The notes: generated by a model from the sequence alone, not told the origin. DNA of 63,995 bases, filler included, from Collodictyon triciliatum (GCA_043381765.1; 15 parts of 15 records of this genome joined end to end with filler, not necessarily neighbours in it); one strand, 5' to 3'. Positions 26,246 through 38,641 are shown, numbered from the whole stretch's first letter. Made by a program: numbers and translations.

Positions 26246-29200
26246 TTATGAATCAATTTCATCTGACTCTATCTTGCGGAACTCATGTTTCCCTTCGTCG
26301 GTAATTCGCAACAAAAAGTCATGGTAGCGCCAAAGAGCCTTGCGGAGACTCACAGTGACCAGGGTGATTCCGGCTTCACGGCTAGTAAATCAAGAGAATA
26401 CTTTTGATTGCATATTGCATACTAGAATCAAAATATTAGAATTAAAAAGAAAAATAATCGCTAAAAGAAAAATAAAAGAAAATATGACTGACCCATATGC
26501 GTACATCTTCCCTTCTACGTCAACACTCACAGCGCTAGTACACTCATCAAGGATAGCAAATTGGGGCTTGTGGTAAAACATTCTGGCCATGGCGATGCGC
26601 TGCTTTTCTCCTCCGCTGAGGACGTCAGCCCAAGTGGCCACAGCATCCCATCCACCCTCGCGAGTGATGAGATAAGATAGAGAAACCTACAGTTGATATT
26701 TGGATCTGTCAGAAAGATATCGTCGAAGAAGCGCCTTTGAAGCATTCGAACAATTCAAAGATCTAGCCCTAGTCCATAAAGTGCCAGCGTGTCTGACGGC
26801 GCTTACTTTATCGAGTATTTGGAGCAAGTCGTCGTTGGTATAACCTTTGCGAACCATGTCCTCGTATCGATCAGGATATATCACTTGGTCTCGAAGAGAA
26901 CCGAGGACCAAATAAGGTTTCTATTTGAATAAGAATAAAAACAAAAATAAGGCAAATCAACACGGTGCAGATTGCCACATTCAGTAGCTTAACATCTTCT
27001 TTTGCATAGGTTACGTATGAAAAAGAAAACAGAAAAAGAAAACAGAAAAAGAAAGCAGAAAAAGAAAACAGAAAAAGAACTTTACCTGTGGAATATAGAA
27101 GATATTGGATCCTCTGGGCTTCGTAATTGTTCCACCAAAACTAGGCCATAATTCCCCAAGAATACGGAAGAGAGAGCTCTATGTAGACAGTGTTGATAGT
27201 TATATAGTTTACCCTGATTATGATCGGTAGCGTTAGATGTATGATATACCGCCAAATACCAAAATTATGTTATCTGTGCTGTTGTACCTTTCCACAGCCG
27301 TTAGGGCCGACAACCAGTAAATTCATACCCGAATGAATTTCAAAGGAAACGGGTGGCAGAATGATGTCTCTGTTTTTGTATGATAAGCAGCAATACGCTT
27401 GTTCCCAAGATTTAAATAAAGGAGAAACAACGAAAAAAAGAAAAAGAAAAAGAAAAAGAAAAAGAAAAAGAAAAAGAAAAAGAAAAAGAAAAAGAAAAAG
27501 AAAAAGAAAAAGAAAAAGAAAAAGAAAAAGAAAAAAAGAAAAAAAGAAAAAAAGAAAAAGAAAAAAAAAGGGATAATCATCTATTGAATTTTTTTTTATA
27601 CCCGTTGGGTGTGACAATGGGCACTTCATCAAATTTAATAATATTGTCCGTGTACAATATCTGCCCATGATACGGCTTGAACTTTTTTTTAGAAGGATAA
27701 AAATAGTTATAGTAACATATGTATTAAACATCGTTTCAACATGTTTTTACGCGTTGCTGCGAATAAATTAAACATAAATGCTGAATTACAATCCCTTTCT
27801 TTTCTTTACAAATGAATATTTAGGTGGCTGATATGTCTTGGAGCGTGTATATATACATAATCATTGCAAGTAATATTTTAGGGGTTACTTTGCCAGAGAG
27901 GTCGTGATTTTGCATAAGGCGCTCATAACGGTTTTGATTCAAGTCGCTAAATTAATTGATAAAATTCAACTTCTCTATTCATGTCTACACATGTTATGTC
28001 AGGATGTATATAGAGATAAATGCAGTGATTTTTTCATAATGACAACCATAAATGATCTACCTAATAACAGCCAACAATTCAGTGACACGGGCAGTAAATC
28101 CTGTAAGTCTATTCAATTCACGACCAGATAAGACAAGGCGACCAATCGCAGTTGCCATGCTGATGAGCATTCTTGCACTGCTGTAATAGTCTTGCAAAAG
28201 CTCTCCGTGTGTACTCTTTTGGTGGCGTGGATGATCCAAGTTTATAAATGGATAGGAGACCGCCATATAACCGACAGCAGTTGCGCAGTACTTTGCAATC
28301 ACAGTATCAAGGACTCCGACAGTGAATCGGAATTGCAAGACCTTTGACAGTTTTTTTCTTCTTCAATTAAATGAACCACTTTATGTCGCACAATAAAAAA
28401 TATTTTTTTTTATCAATGATGGGAATATATATAGATAGATAGAAAAACAATCAAATCATGGAACTTATTCAAATACAGTAAAAGCTCCTGTTGTAAAGTT
28501 GCAAATGCGGTGAAATATACGTGGGTATACATATATCACAATATATAGTGGGGAAGAACAGGCAACCTTTTGGAGATGATCAAATAAAGTCTGAAATCTT
28601 GCTGTGACAGTCTCCTTTTCTCTGGCATTACCACCATAAAATGCAATTTCTTCTCCATGGGTGGTCAATCGAGATGTGGCATATCGAAACTCTCCTTCCA
28701 ATTTTTGCTCTGTGATAGTGTACCGACCAAGCGGACCTCTTAGCCTAGACATAATTAGTTTTTCTTAAAAAAAAAAAAAGGATAAAAATAAAAAAAGGGG
28801 ATAAAGGACAACTTAGAAACTTTCAAAACAGTGAGATCAGTTCAAAGACATAGATATACAACAAGATAATGTTTGATGGCCAGCACAGGATGTTACTTAG
28901 TGAGCAGGGAGCCAGACGTGACCATGTAAACCATCAGGCTAGCAGGTCCATGAATCCCAACGGCTTCGGACAAACGGCGCGCATAAATGACGATATCCAG
29001 CAAGGGCTTGCTAAGATTGGAGTAAAGATCCGACACGCTCTGGCAAAACTTGTCGACATCCTGAGTCAAGAGCTGATCAGCATTCTCGATGCGGCCGTCC
29101 AGGTTGGCCACTTGATAGAAGATGAACCCCTTCATGTACTCTTTGTAGATGTGCGTGGTAAGGCGGGCACGAAAGAGCACAACTAGCTGCCAGAGCCCGT

Positions 29201-29639
29201 ACTTGAGGACATTGTTGACGATGGAGATGGGCAGCATGGCATAAAAGAAGCGGAAGAAGTACTTGAGGAAGCTCTTGCGGTCGCGCGAGATGATGGAGCG
29301 CTCAATCGAGGTCCCATTGCTAATCATCCACAAGTCACACAGCGTGCGGAGAACCATCATGGCTGCCACAAGGAGGATATGGAAAAACTCGGACGTGAAG
29401 ACGCCCGGCACAATGATGCGGAAGAGCTTGCCAAAGTCGTGTAGGAATCGTCCGTCCACAGCCACCGAACGCGCTTTCTTCCCGCGGGTCGAACCCGAAG
29501 CCACTGAGCCTGAAGTGGAGGCTGTTGTTTGTCGTGGAGTGGTTGGGCTCGAAAAGCGTCTCAGGGCAAAGCCTCCTCCAAGGACGGCCACGAGCACGGC
29601 GAGCTTCCAGTTTGATCGCAGCGTGGATAATTGTGCCAT
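26246..29639 (-). CDS. ABCD3: Peroxisomal half-ABC transporter, ABCD3/PMP70-like, complete, multi-exon
   Basis: [20 protein letters not shown]-like [23 protein letters not shown]; Walker [28 protein letters not shown]; signature LSGGEKQR; Walker [19 protein letters not shown] at 26246-26248. Confidence 0.95.
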
Positions 29640-29771
29640 GGCAAAGACCCCGGTAAGTACCTGACTGTGTCGAGGTGGCTGTGTTAGCTTTGCTCTTGAG
29701 TGAGAATCAGGACCGAAGTCTGGGCAGTTTTCTTTTTCTTTCCGTTCGCCCCTCGCGCGAAACACAATATA

Positions 29772-29864
<93 letters not shown>

Positions 29865-29964
29865 NNNNNNNNNNNNNNNNNNNNNNNNNNNNNNNNNNNN
29901 NNNNNNNNTTAATTAATTAANNNNNNNNNNNNNNNNNNNNNNNNNNNNNNNNNNNNNNNNNNNN

Positions 29965-30273
29965 GAAGTAACTGCCATGTGCGTACTTTCATCGACCCGA
30001 CAACTTTATCCGCTCTTCTGTCAGTCTCGAATACAACCAGAAATCGCGTTGGAGCTGAATCACCTTGGGTTGCTTAATCTGCGTGTGTGAAAATTTTCTC
30101 TCACTTCTATTTTTTTTTTTCATTTTTACATAACCCAAAGCACAATAACTCCAACCACACAATCTGGGGTTTTCCACTGTCTCGTCCACAGCTCACTTTT
30201 GTCCTAGAGGCGAAGGCGGTTTCCTCGGCTTTGTTTTCTCTTAATGAACTGTTGAAAAGAAACCAAAAAAAAA
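29965..30273 (+). mobile_element. 3' end of a second copy of the ORF1-bearing non-LTR element (cut by contig start)
   Basis: 29965-30204 aligns with 40401-40643. It encodes SNCHVRTFIDPTTLSALLSVSNTTRNRVGAESPWVA* (stop 30075-30077), then a 3' UTR and A9 at 30265-30273. Confidence 0.75.
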
Positions 30274-30551
30274 TTTCTTCCAGCTTCTGACTTCGTTTGG
30301 GTTTGCTGGTTAACTTGAATACTGTGCTGTCCTATCAACGCCATACTGAAAGATATCACTTTGGCCGTTGGCTATGAATGACAGGTAAGGTAAATTTATC
30401 GGAGGGCATAAGGGATTCCAATTCGTTAGAAATCGTACGAAACAACTTCTGGTCTCATCTTAACTTCCTAGGTGATGCTTTATAATTCTTGAATGACCTG
30501 TGTTGAACAAATTTCATGCAAACAATCTGGTCTATATTAAGGCGCAACTAA

Positions 30552-31154
30552 AATAACGAAGTCTCCCAACAATGCACACTTTGCAGCAACGGTGATGAAT
30601 CAATTGAGCACACATTTGTGCAATGTCCCTTCGCTCAAAACAGCCAGTGAAATACTTAGGCTGACACTCAAGACGGCTGCGGCTGTTGGCCCAATCCAGG
30701 CGTTATTTGGGCCTCTGCAACAGCTGCGTCCAGATGCAAAAACATTCTGGGCAGTGACGCGAGGCCATTTGCTATGGACTATGTGGATGGCGCGCATATA
30801 CTCACTCAAAGCAAGACTCAACAACCAGCCAATCATTCCTGATAATAGGCTGAATGACATCATACATATATCTTTCCTCAATAGCATTCTTCGCCACCTG
30901 CACGTTCTCTACTACCCAGACCCTATGAGAAGAGACATGTGGAAAGAAGCTGAGAAAGATATTAAACCTCGCCTTGTCTCTCATGTAAACAAATGACCCA
31001 GGCTTCTGGACAGAGCGTATAGCGCAGTTACTTGACTGCTACCCACTAGTCTGAAACCCGACCCAATAGAAATGTGTATGGTCCACCAAAAGCTGGCGAA
31101 TCGGGTGCAGCCTCCACACATTAACACAAGCTGGAAGGTAGAGCAAAAAAAAAA
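30552..31154 (+). mobile_element. 5'-truncated, decayed L1/Tx1-type LINE (ORF2 C-terminus, 3' UTR, poly(A))
   Basis: Zinc knuckle CTLCSNGDESIEHTFVQCP (30573-30629, zf-RVT pattern), a frameshift, then ...FWAVTRGHLLWTMWMARI (typical WxxWxxR motif after zf-RVT), stop at 30996 and A10 at 31145-31154. Confidence 0.85.
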
Positions 31155-31489
31155 GCTTTAATTTTGAAAATAATGCCGCTACTTATAAATTCAGAATTTC
31201 GAATATCTATATGAATAAAGTTGTAATTTTATATTCAGTGGTTCGAACCAGAGGTCATTAAATTTTAACAAAGTATAGTCATGTTCACCTTGCGTCGGAA
31301 GCAGCATCTATGACAACCTTCCTGCTTTCATGACTGTAATTTACGGGCTCCGAAGGCTGAAAAATCACAATTTCACATTCGTCATGCGCGTTACATGGTC
31401 CAAAGCTTTACCTCCGGATATAATTGAACACACATTTATATTAGTTTGCATAGAACCAAGTTGAGTTTGATTTCGTTAATATAGGAAGC

Positions 31490-33036
31490 ATGTTCTCGTC
31501 TCTTGTTATTATTTGGCTTGTTCTTTTAGTCTGTACTTGTACTTCGTTGTTTCTAGGCCATAGAGAAATATCACCAAGTGAGTTAAGACTCTTATATTAT
31601 TGACACCGATAGCCTCTTAAATTTTCTATAATTGCAATTGACTATTTATTTTACGTAGCTGCTACAAGAAACATTGCAACTGGAAGATATCTTGCATACG
31701 ATGGAAATTATGGCCGGTATAACAATCAACTTATGTCCTTTATGAATGCCCTCTGCCTGGGGCAAAGATTCAACAGAACAGTCGTTTTTCCGGGTTGGAT
31801 AGATAAGTAATATAGAACGTATTCACGTTTCTATATTATTCCGAGGTGAGTAGGCCTCTTGTGTTATACTCATTTAACTCACTAGGAAAGACTCATTTAA
31901 CTTGCAAGCCTACGTGGAGGTACTACCTGAACTCTCTAAGCAGTTTAAATACATTGAAGCGGATCAACTTGAGGTTTTTAAGAGGGCTATGAATTTGTCC
32001 CTGACTAAATATCCTCTCTCAGGTACGTGTATTTTAACAAATATATTTGTCTACCAAGTGAGTAATACTTAGTAATTTTTAGGCCATAAAGATGAGCTTT
32101 CCGTCATCAACGAAATCGACACCGAAATTGTATGTCCTTAAATCTAACATTCTACCAAGTCACTACCTGATGAGTTCGTTAGCTAGATGTCGGTATTGTA
32201 TTCTACGTAAACAAGGCATGTTCACCGCAAAATCTTGAATTCCTATATTCACAAATTATTCCCAACGAGCATGTTCGAAAGGTATTGCTTTTACATAGTC
32301 AACGAACAAAGGAATAAGAAGGCAAATAATCTGCATTCAAAGTAAAGATTATCGTATTTATCTATACCGAACATATTACCTCATTTAAATCAAACCACTT
32401 GTCTAATTAGTTAGGAGACATCATAATAAATAAATGGCTCCAGAGACCTTTTGCCGCTCTTCATTTGCGTAAACTTGAGGGAAAATGCAAGCAAACTTTT
32501 GAAGAAATGAGGGCGGTCGTCGAGTCAGAGGTACTTTATAATAACTGTATTTAACTTGGATATGTCTAAACTCAATTTAGCCTAAGTTTGCGTCGACGAA
32601 ATCTTTTTTCCTCGCATCAGACAGAGAGGACAAGGAATTGGAAATGGTTAGTTTTTTGCGTCCATACATATTATGTCGAGATCATGAGTTTATTATAATT
32701 GTATATTTTTAGAATATCACGAATGCCTTTCGGGCCATTATGATTCCGGAGAAAATTTTAGGAGCAAATTATATGCCTGGAATATTGGATGCCTACATAA
32801 TGGCGCATGCCCGCGTGTTATACATGAACGCGCAAGTTTCTGTCTATGATTGAAAAAAATTGAATCCCAAGTCAAAGTCAAGAATTTAACGAATGTTTTA
32901 TCACTATTTAATCATATAATCTCCAAACAGTGGATCAACCCTGTCCATGACAGCAGTCCGATATAAAGTTTTCTGGTTGAGAGACCCAAACAAAGTCGTC
33001 TCGCTGACCAGTGGATACAGATCGGGTTCTTGTTAA
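31490..33036 (+). CDS. O-fucosyltransferase-family glycosyltransferase (type II membrane), complete, many short introns
   Basis: N-terminal anchor MFSSLVIIWLVLLVC; GRYNNQLMSFMNALCLGQRFNRTVVFP (GxxNQ...NRTLVLP); FAALHLR; FFLASD; LDAYIMAHARVLYMNA|GSTLS. These match the GT-B fucosyltransferase motifs. Confidence 0.88.
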
Positions 33037-33807
33037 GTACTGGGCGCCCCTAGTCTAAATTTTGTATGCTGATCGGGCGAAGATCGTGTTATTCAACCCC
33101 TGGGAACTATACAAGTTGAAAAACAACGGCATGTAATCAAATCATAAAAATATGAACATACAGGGATTATCCTTTGTTTAAGATATTTTCAGAAATGTTG
33201 AAAATTGTCTGAATAGTTCACGGCATGGGGCTACGGAAAAATAATCGAGAGGTTAATAAGCAAGAACACTGAATTCATATTTTTCTCCCCAACCACGAAA
33301 ATATCAAGATGATTTTGAACTAAGATTCAGCGAGGAATACAGCTGCTGGTCTCATGAGCAGCTTGTTTCATTATAATTGTCAAATCGTTTATCAGTGCTT
33401 TAGGGATGAAACAAATGTACTTGAGAATTTATCACTTTAGCTGAAATATCCAGCGAATTACACTGGAATGCTAAACGATAGAAAACAATTATCAGTTCAA
33501 CATGAAAGGTCTGGAATCAAATATTTTCCAGTCTCTATTTTCCGAGTCTTTTCAGCCTATATGACAATACCGAGAGAACTTGATGGGAAACGGCTTGGTA
33601 GGACACGTACCGGGTGAGCTCTTGCGAAGGTGTGTGTGTGTGGGGTGGGGAGGGGGGAGAATAGGATTTTCCAAGAAGGGCAGGAATTGAATAGAGAGAG
33701 ACAATTCTGTTGGGGGGTGTTTTTATGGGTCCGAATCTCGGCGCAGATATGGTATTTCATTCCTCTCATTCCTCTCTTCCCTTTGGTTTTGCACAAAGTC
33801 CACACGT

Positions 33808-34141
33808 ATGGCAACCAAGCCGAGCTCAGGTGCGGCGAGCGCAAGCAAAACGCACAAGAGTGAGCTGCCTAAACTTGACGACGAGAATGTGGTCTACGAG
33901 CACTACCGGACGCGACCGGTATAGCGAGCAGCGGGACTGCAGGAGAAGGGACTCTACCCGGCCGGTTGCGTGGTGCGCCTTGTGGGCGAGTACACTGAGA
34001 CACTGAGACACTGACGCACGCCACACGCCTGCGTCTGTTAGAGCAGCTGTGCGAAGTCCACCGCACCCGCGAGTGCGCCACGGAGGGCGTTGTGCTGCTG
34101 GCATCCGACCTGTCGAGCGGCCTGGGCCTTGCGTACCCCCG
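33808..34141 (+). CDS. 5' part of an unidentified GC-rich gene (partial)
   Basis: MATKPSSGAASASKTHKSELPKLDDENVVYEHYRTRP, probable intron 33919-34046 (GTATAG, CTGAC branch, CAG), then LCEVHRTRECATEGVVLLASDLSSGLGLAYP to the contig end. Confidence 0.45.
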
Positions 34142-34383
34142 NNNNNNNNNNNNNNNNNNNNNNNNNNNNNNNNNNNNNNNNNNNNTTAATTAATTAANNN
34201 NNNNNNNNNNNNNNNNNNNNNNNNNNNNNNNNNNNNNNNNNGATTTGATTTGATTTGATTTGATTTGATTTGATTTGATTTGATTTGATTTGATTTGATT
34301 TGATTTGATTTGATTTGATTTGATTTGATTTGATTTGATTTGATTTGATTTGATTTGATTTGTTTTTTGTTTCATAAACATAG

Positions 34384-36142
34384 GTTCATGTCAGGATATT
34401 ATGCGTTATAAATTCAAGACTGGCTTCGATCGGGATGCCATTTCTTCCATATTGTTCCAAGTGTTGAATGCATTAAGCTATCTTCACCAAAACCACTTCC
34501 TCCATCGGGATATCCGAAGTGGAAACATCTTACTGGATAGTGATGGTATCTACCCTGTTCCATAGATTTCTTTTACTTTCACTCGAAAAAGGTTTTTTTT
34601 TCCGTTTGGTTAGAGTTTGGTTTGGTTTGGTTCCTTTTGATTGACGATACTGTTATCCTTATCACAGCCATATTTTATTCTCATCACCACCAGGGACTGC
34701 TTTGCTCACAGATTTTGGCCTCAGCACAATCTTTACAGGAACCAATCCGGCAGATTTTACTCCGATTGAAGGGACGTTGAACTGGCTACCGCCAGAAATA
34801 TTGCGCGGGGTATTGTTTTTCAGGCACCTTCTTTTCATATATGTATTCTTGAGCGCAGAGCAGAGTTCAATGTAGTAGAACAAAAGTAACACCCAACCAA
34901 AGCAACCAACCAACCTACCATTTAAAAAAAAATGGTATGCATTTAACGCATCTTAATTCATAAATCAAGATGCCCCCGACGAACAAGGGTGATATTTGGT
35001 CGCTCGGTATCACCGCCCTAGAACTCGCACGTGGCCAACCCCCATACTCGAGCATCCCCTCGGCAAAGGTTTTTTTCTTGATAAAATCTAGGAGAGGATA
35101 AAACCTATCCATTTAATTACCTCTGATTCTACATCACCAAATTACAATAAAATATTGAAGAAAAAGGGGGCAGCTTTGGTATTCATGTGGATTAGGAAAA
35201 GAATAATTTAGTTTTAAGCCCACATTCTTATTAATATATATATAACACAGGTTGTCATGCTTATACTGGAGAATCCGCCGCCGACCTTTGACTTACCCAC
35301 TGATAAGGAGCAATTCAGTCGTTCTCTCAAAGACATGGTAGATAATTGTCTTCGCAAAGATGCTGCCCAAAGGTATGTAGTATTGCATATGGCTCAAGTA
35401 AAGACCAGATTCATAGCCCGACTCTGCCCGCATGTTTGATCTATGAACTGAAGCAAATTACGGTTATACCCTGAAAAATGAAAGTAAATGAGAAAGGAGA
35501 AGATGAAAACCCCTGTTCTTTTGCAATAGATTGACCGCAGATGCCTGCTTGAAGCATCGTTTTTTTAAGAAGCACCTAGGGAAAAAGGAACATATTGTCT
35601 CCACCATAATATCGAAAATTCCGCCGCTGCCCCAAAGAGCCATCGAGCTTGATATCCCACGGAGGGCGATGTCACACCAGGTTTGCTCTCTTTGGCGACA
35701 TCCTTCTTTCGTTTACTTTGTTTTGTTTCGATGGAGCAAAATGAAATTTTAATTGAAGAACAGAGAAAAGTAATTGGACAAATGAGCAAATTAATGCATA
35801 GACCCATTAACAAAAAAAAATAATAATAATGAATAAATGAACAAATAAATAAATGAATTAACAAACAGATAAATAAATATATACTCGTTCACGGCTTTTT
35901 TGCAGATATACTACGGAAAAAGCACGCCGCAGGCCATCAAAGACCCGTCCACGCAAATGTCCATCCAAAAGTACTACGCCAACGGGATGATGTCGGATTC
36001 CTTTGGCGAGCAGACGCTGGGGAAAATCGACGATGACTTGTGGGATTTCGGGTCGTCCTCGTCTTCTGGCGGAGCATCGTCCAGCGGGGGGCGGGACCGA
36101 GACGGCAAGACGCAAAAGCCTTATGTTTACATCCGCTCATAA
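34384..36142 (+). CDS. STE20-family Ser/Thr kinase, OSR1/SPAK(fray)/STRAD-like, 5'-partial
   Basis: GSCQDIMRYKFKTGF; LHRDIRSGNILL; TDFG; GTLNWLPPE; DIWSLGITALELARGQPPYS; VVMLILENPPPT; C-terminal WDF (MO25-binding WEF-like motif). Confidence 0.9.
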
Positions 36143-36823
36143 AACGACTCTGCTTTCGAGCCCATTGCTTTTCTAGAGAACTGCAGATGGGTCTCGGACG
36201 AAATGGGAACTTAAAAGTGGGAGATGGGTGGTGCCCTTTGCACTCTTGAAGAAAACAAAAAACAAAAAAACAAAAAAACAAAAAAACAAATAATCAAACA
36301 AAAATAACGGAGTTCATTTCTATATTATTTTTTTTTTAGCTCTCCGTCTTATCATCAAAGATTACGGTCTCTGCCTCTTATTTCTATTTTTCTCTATTTT
36401 TTTTTTGCTCTATGTTTCTGTTGCTTGGGACTTAAAGTCAGGAGTGCCAAGAAATCCCACGAATAAACTCTGTGAAACTGTCGGTTTGTGCGTTTGGTGC
36501 TGGACGAGTTCAATAAGATGTTTATTGAATGACATGAAGCACAGGATTTCAAAGAGTGGTTCAGTCTTGCCTGTGTGGAAATCTCATGTGGCTCATTCTT
36601 TTCTTTACTTCCTGCATCGTTCAAGTAATTTTTAAATTTAGAATACAGAATACGCTTCACAAAGTCGGGTAATGAGGAAAAGTTGAGTTGAAAGCTGGTG
36701 TTTACAACAGAAATGTCATTTAATTAATGGATAAACGAATAAAAATAAGCAAAATAATCGCTTGATAAACAAAAAAAATAAAATAAATTGATAAATAAAT
36801 AATGGCTGAATTCGAATGGGATG

Positions 36824-38247
36824 CTACTTGGGTCGGTGCTCGGCAAAAGTCTCCGTGATGGAGCGACCTTTCTGCAAGTCAGCCATACATCTGTCGAGCA
36901 AACCTCAGTAAAGAACAGTTTATTTGCACAGAAAATATTTTATTATTTTTTCATTTAAAAGAAAGAAGCTTGCCTTTGGTCTTGAGAGGACGATTGCATC
37001 GCTTTTTCCACAACAGCCTCGATTTTTTCCTGTTAATCACATAATTTTTTTCAATTTTAGGAAACACAATGAAAAAAAAAGACATAACGAAGAAAAAAAA
37101 AGGAGGCAAATTAATTAAAAATGAAAATGAAAAGATAAAAAAAAAATTGCAACAGCAGATCGTTTTATTACAGACTTTAGGAACAATCACAACGCCGTCG
37201 TCGTCAGCAACAACAATATCACCGGATCGACACGTAACACCACCTACACTCACAGGAACTCCAACACCTGAATCGATAGAGATATAACAGCGGGGCCAGA
37301 ACGGAAATATCAAAAGTAGTTTTAAAAAAATAATTATTTCCTCATCAATCGAATGTTTAGAGAATGATAAAGTAAACAAAAATGTTCAACGCTTTATAAT
37401 GACATCCTTCATTCCTCAATTTCTTTACTATTACAACTACTGTTAAATACTATTATTGGTGTTAGACTGTCGATTGCTTACCAGAAACTTGGATAAAAGG
37501 AGCTGTTCCGTGTATAGAAGTTCCCTTAGAAAAAACAGGAAATCCCATCTCTCTCTGTTCCTTCATGTCCCGAATGAAACCATCCACCACCACGCCATTA
37601 ACCCCGAGGGCCTTATATAAAAAGGAAAAGAAAATGACTCATGAAGTTGCAAAAGAGAAGTAGCATGAGAGTCATCGCCAGATATTCGTATTTTCTGTGT
37701 ATCTTACATGGCACAGACCACTCAGAACCGACATTATCATGGACGACTTAAACCAAACCAAAGAAAAAAAAAGAAAAAAACCTGGGCACGGGCGGACATG
37801 AGCCCACCCCAGCACGCATTGGTGGCATTGAAGGGAGCAGATATAACGACTATAATAAGCGAAAAAATAAATAAAGATTAAATCGATCATCAATTTGGGT
37901 TACAATCAACACAGATGATGATGATGATAATAATGATAATAATTATAACGAATATAATAACAGCAAACTTCTGAAATGACAATAGCTGAAAATACTAAGG
38001 TTAAATAACTACAAAAAATAAACAAAGCCTACGATACAGAAAACGACGAAACAAGTTGAAAAATATGTGATTAAGCAGAGGGAGGATAGTATAGATAAAT
38101 GATGCGACAAAATTGTAATAGTGTCAAGTTCTCATTTTCTCTACCGATACTTCCTGCTGGGCAAGTGTCCACATGATGCATGGCAGACTTTGGAAGAGAG
38201 GCCGCGGTTCCTGCAGTCATATACTGAATTGTGTGTGCGAATCCAAT
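36824..38247 (-). CDS. RraA-like / HMG aldolase family protein (YER010C-like), 5'-partial
   Basis: NACWGGLMSARAQ|ALGVNGVVVDGFIRDMKEQREMGFPVFSKG...|VPVSVGGVTCRSGDIVVADDDGVVIVPK|EKIEAVV...CMADLQKGRSITETFAEHRPK*. Confidence 0.92.
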
Positions 38248-38641
38248 CTAAAAAGGATTAATAAGGCTATCAAGCAAAACCACGAGTAAATACAAGAAAA
38301 GAGACAAAAGAGAAAAGAGAGAGAGAAAGAGAGAAAGAGAGAAAGAGAGAAAGAGAGAAAGAGAGAAAGAGAGAAAGAGAGAAAGAGAGAAAGAGAGAAA
38401 GAGAGAAAGAGAGAAAGNNNNNNNNNNNNNNNNNNNNNNNNNNNNNNNNNNNNNNNNNNNNTTAATTAATTAANNNNNNNNNNNNNNNNNNNNNNNNNNN
38501 NNNNNNNNNNNNNNNNNTTTTTGTGTTTTTTTGTGTTTTTTTGTGTTTTTTTGTGTTTTTTTGTGTTTTTTTGTGTTTTTTTGTGTTTTTTTGTGTTTTT
38601 TTGTGTTTTGTTTTGGTGAAGATAACTGCATGGCGAACTAG

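Noticed and set aside
33922-33924. In-frame TAG suggesting readthrough or a 24-nt micro-intron
   Set aside because: A single ordinary GT-AG intron (33919-34046) with a CTGAC branch point explains it.
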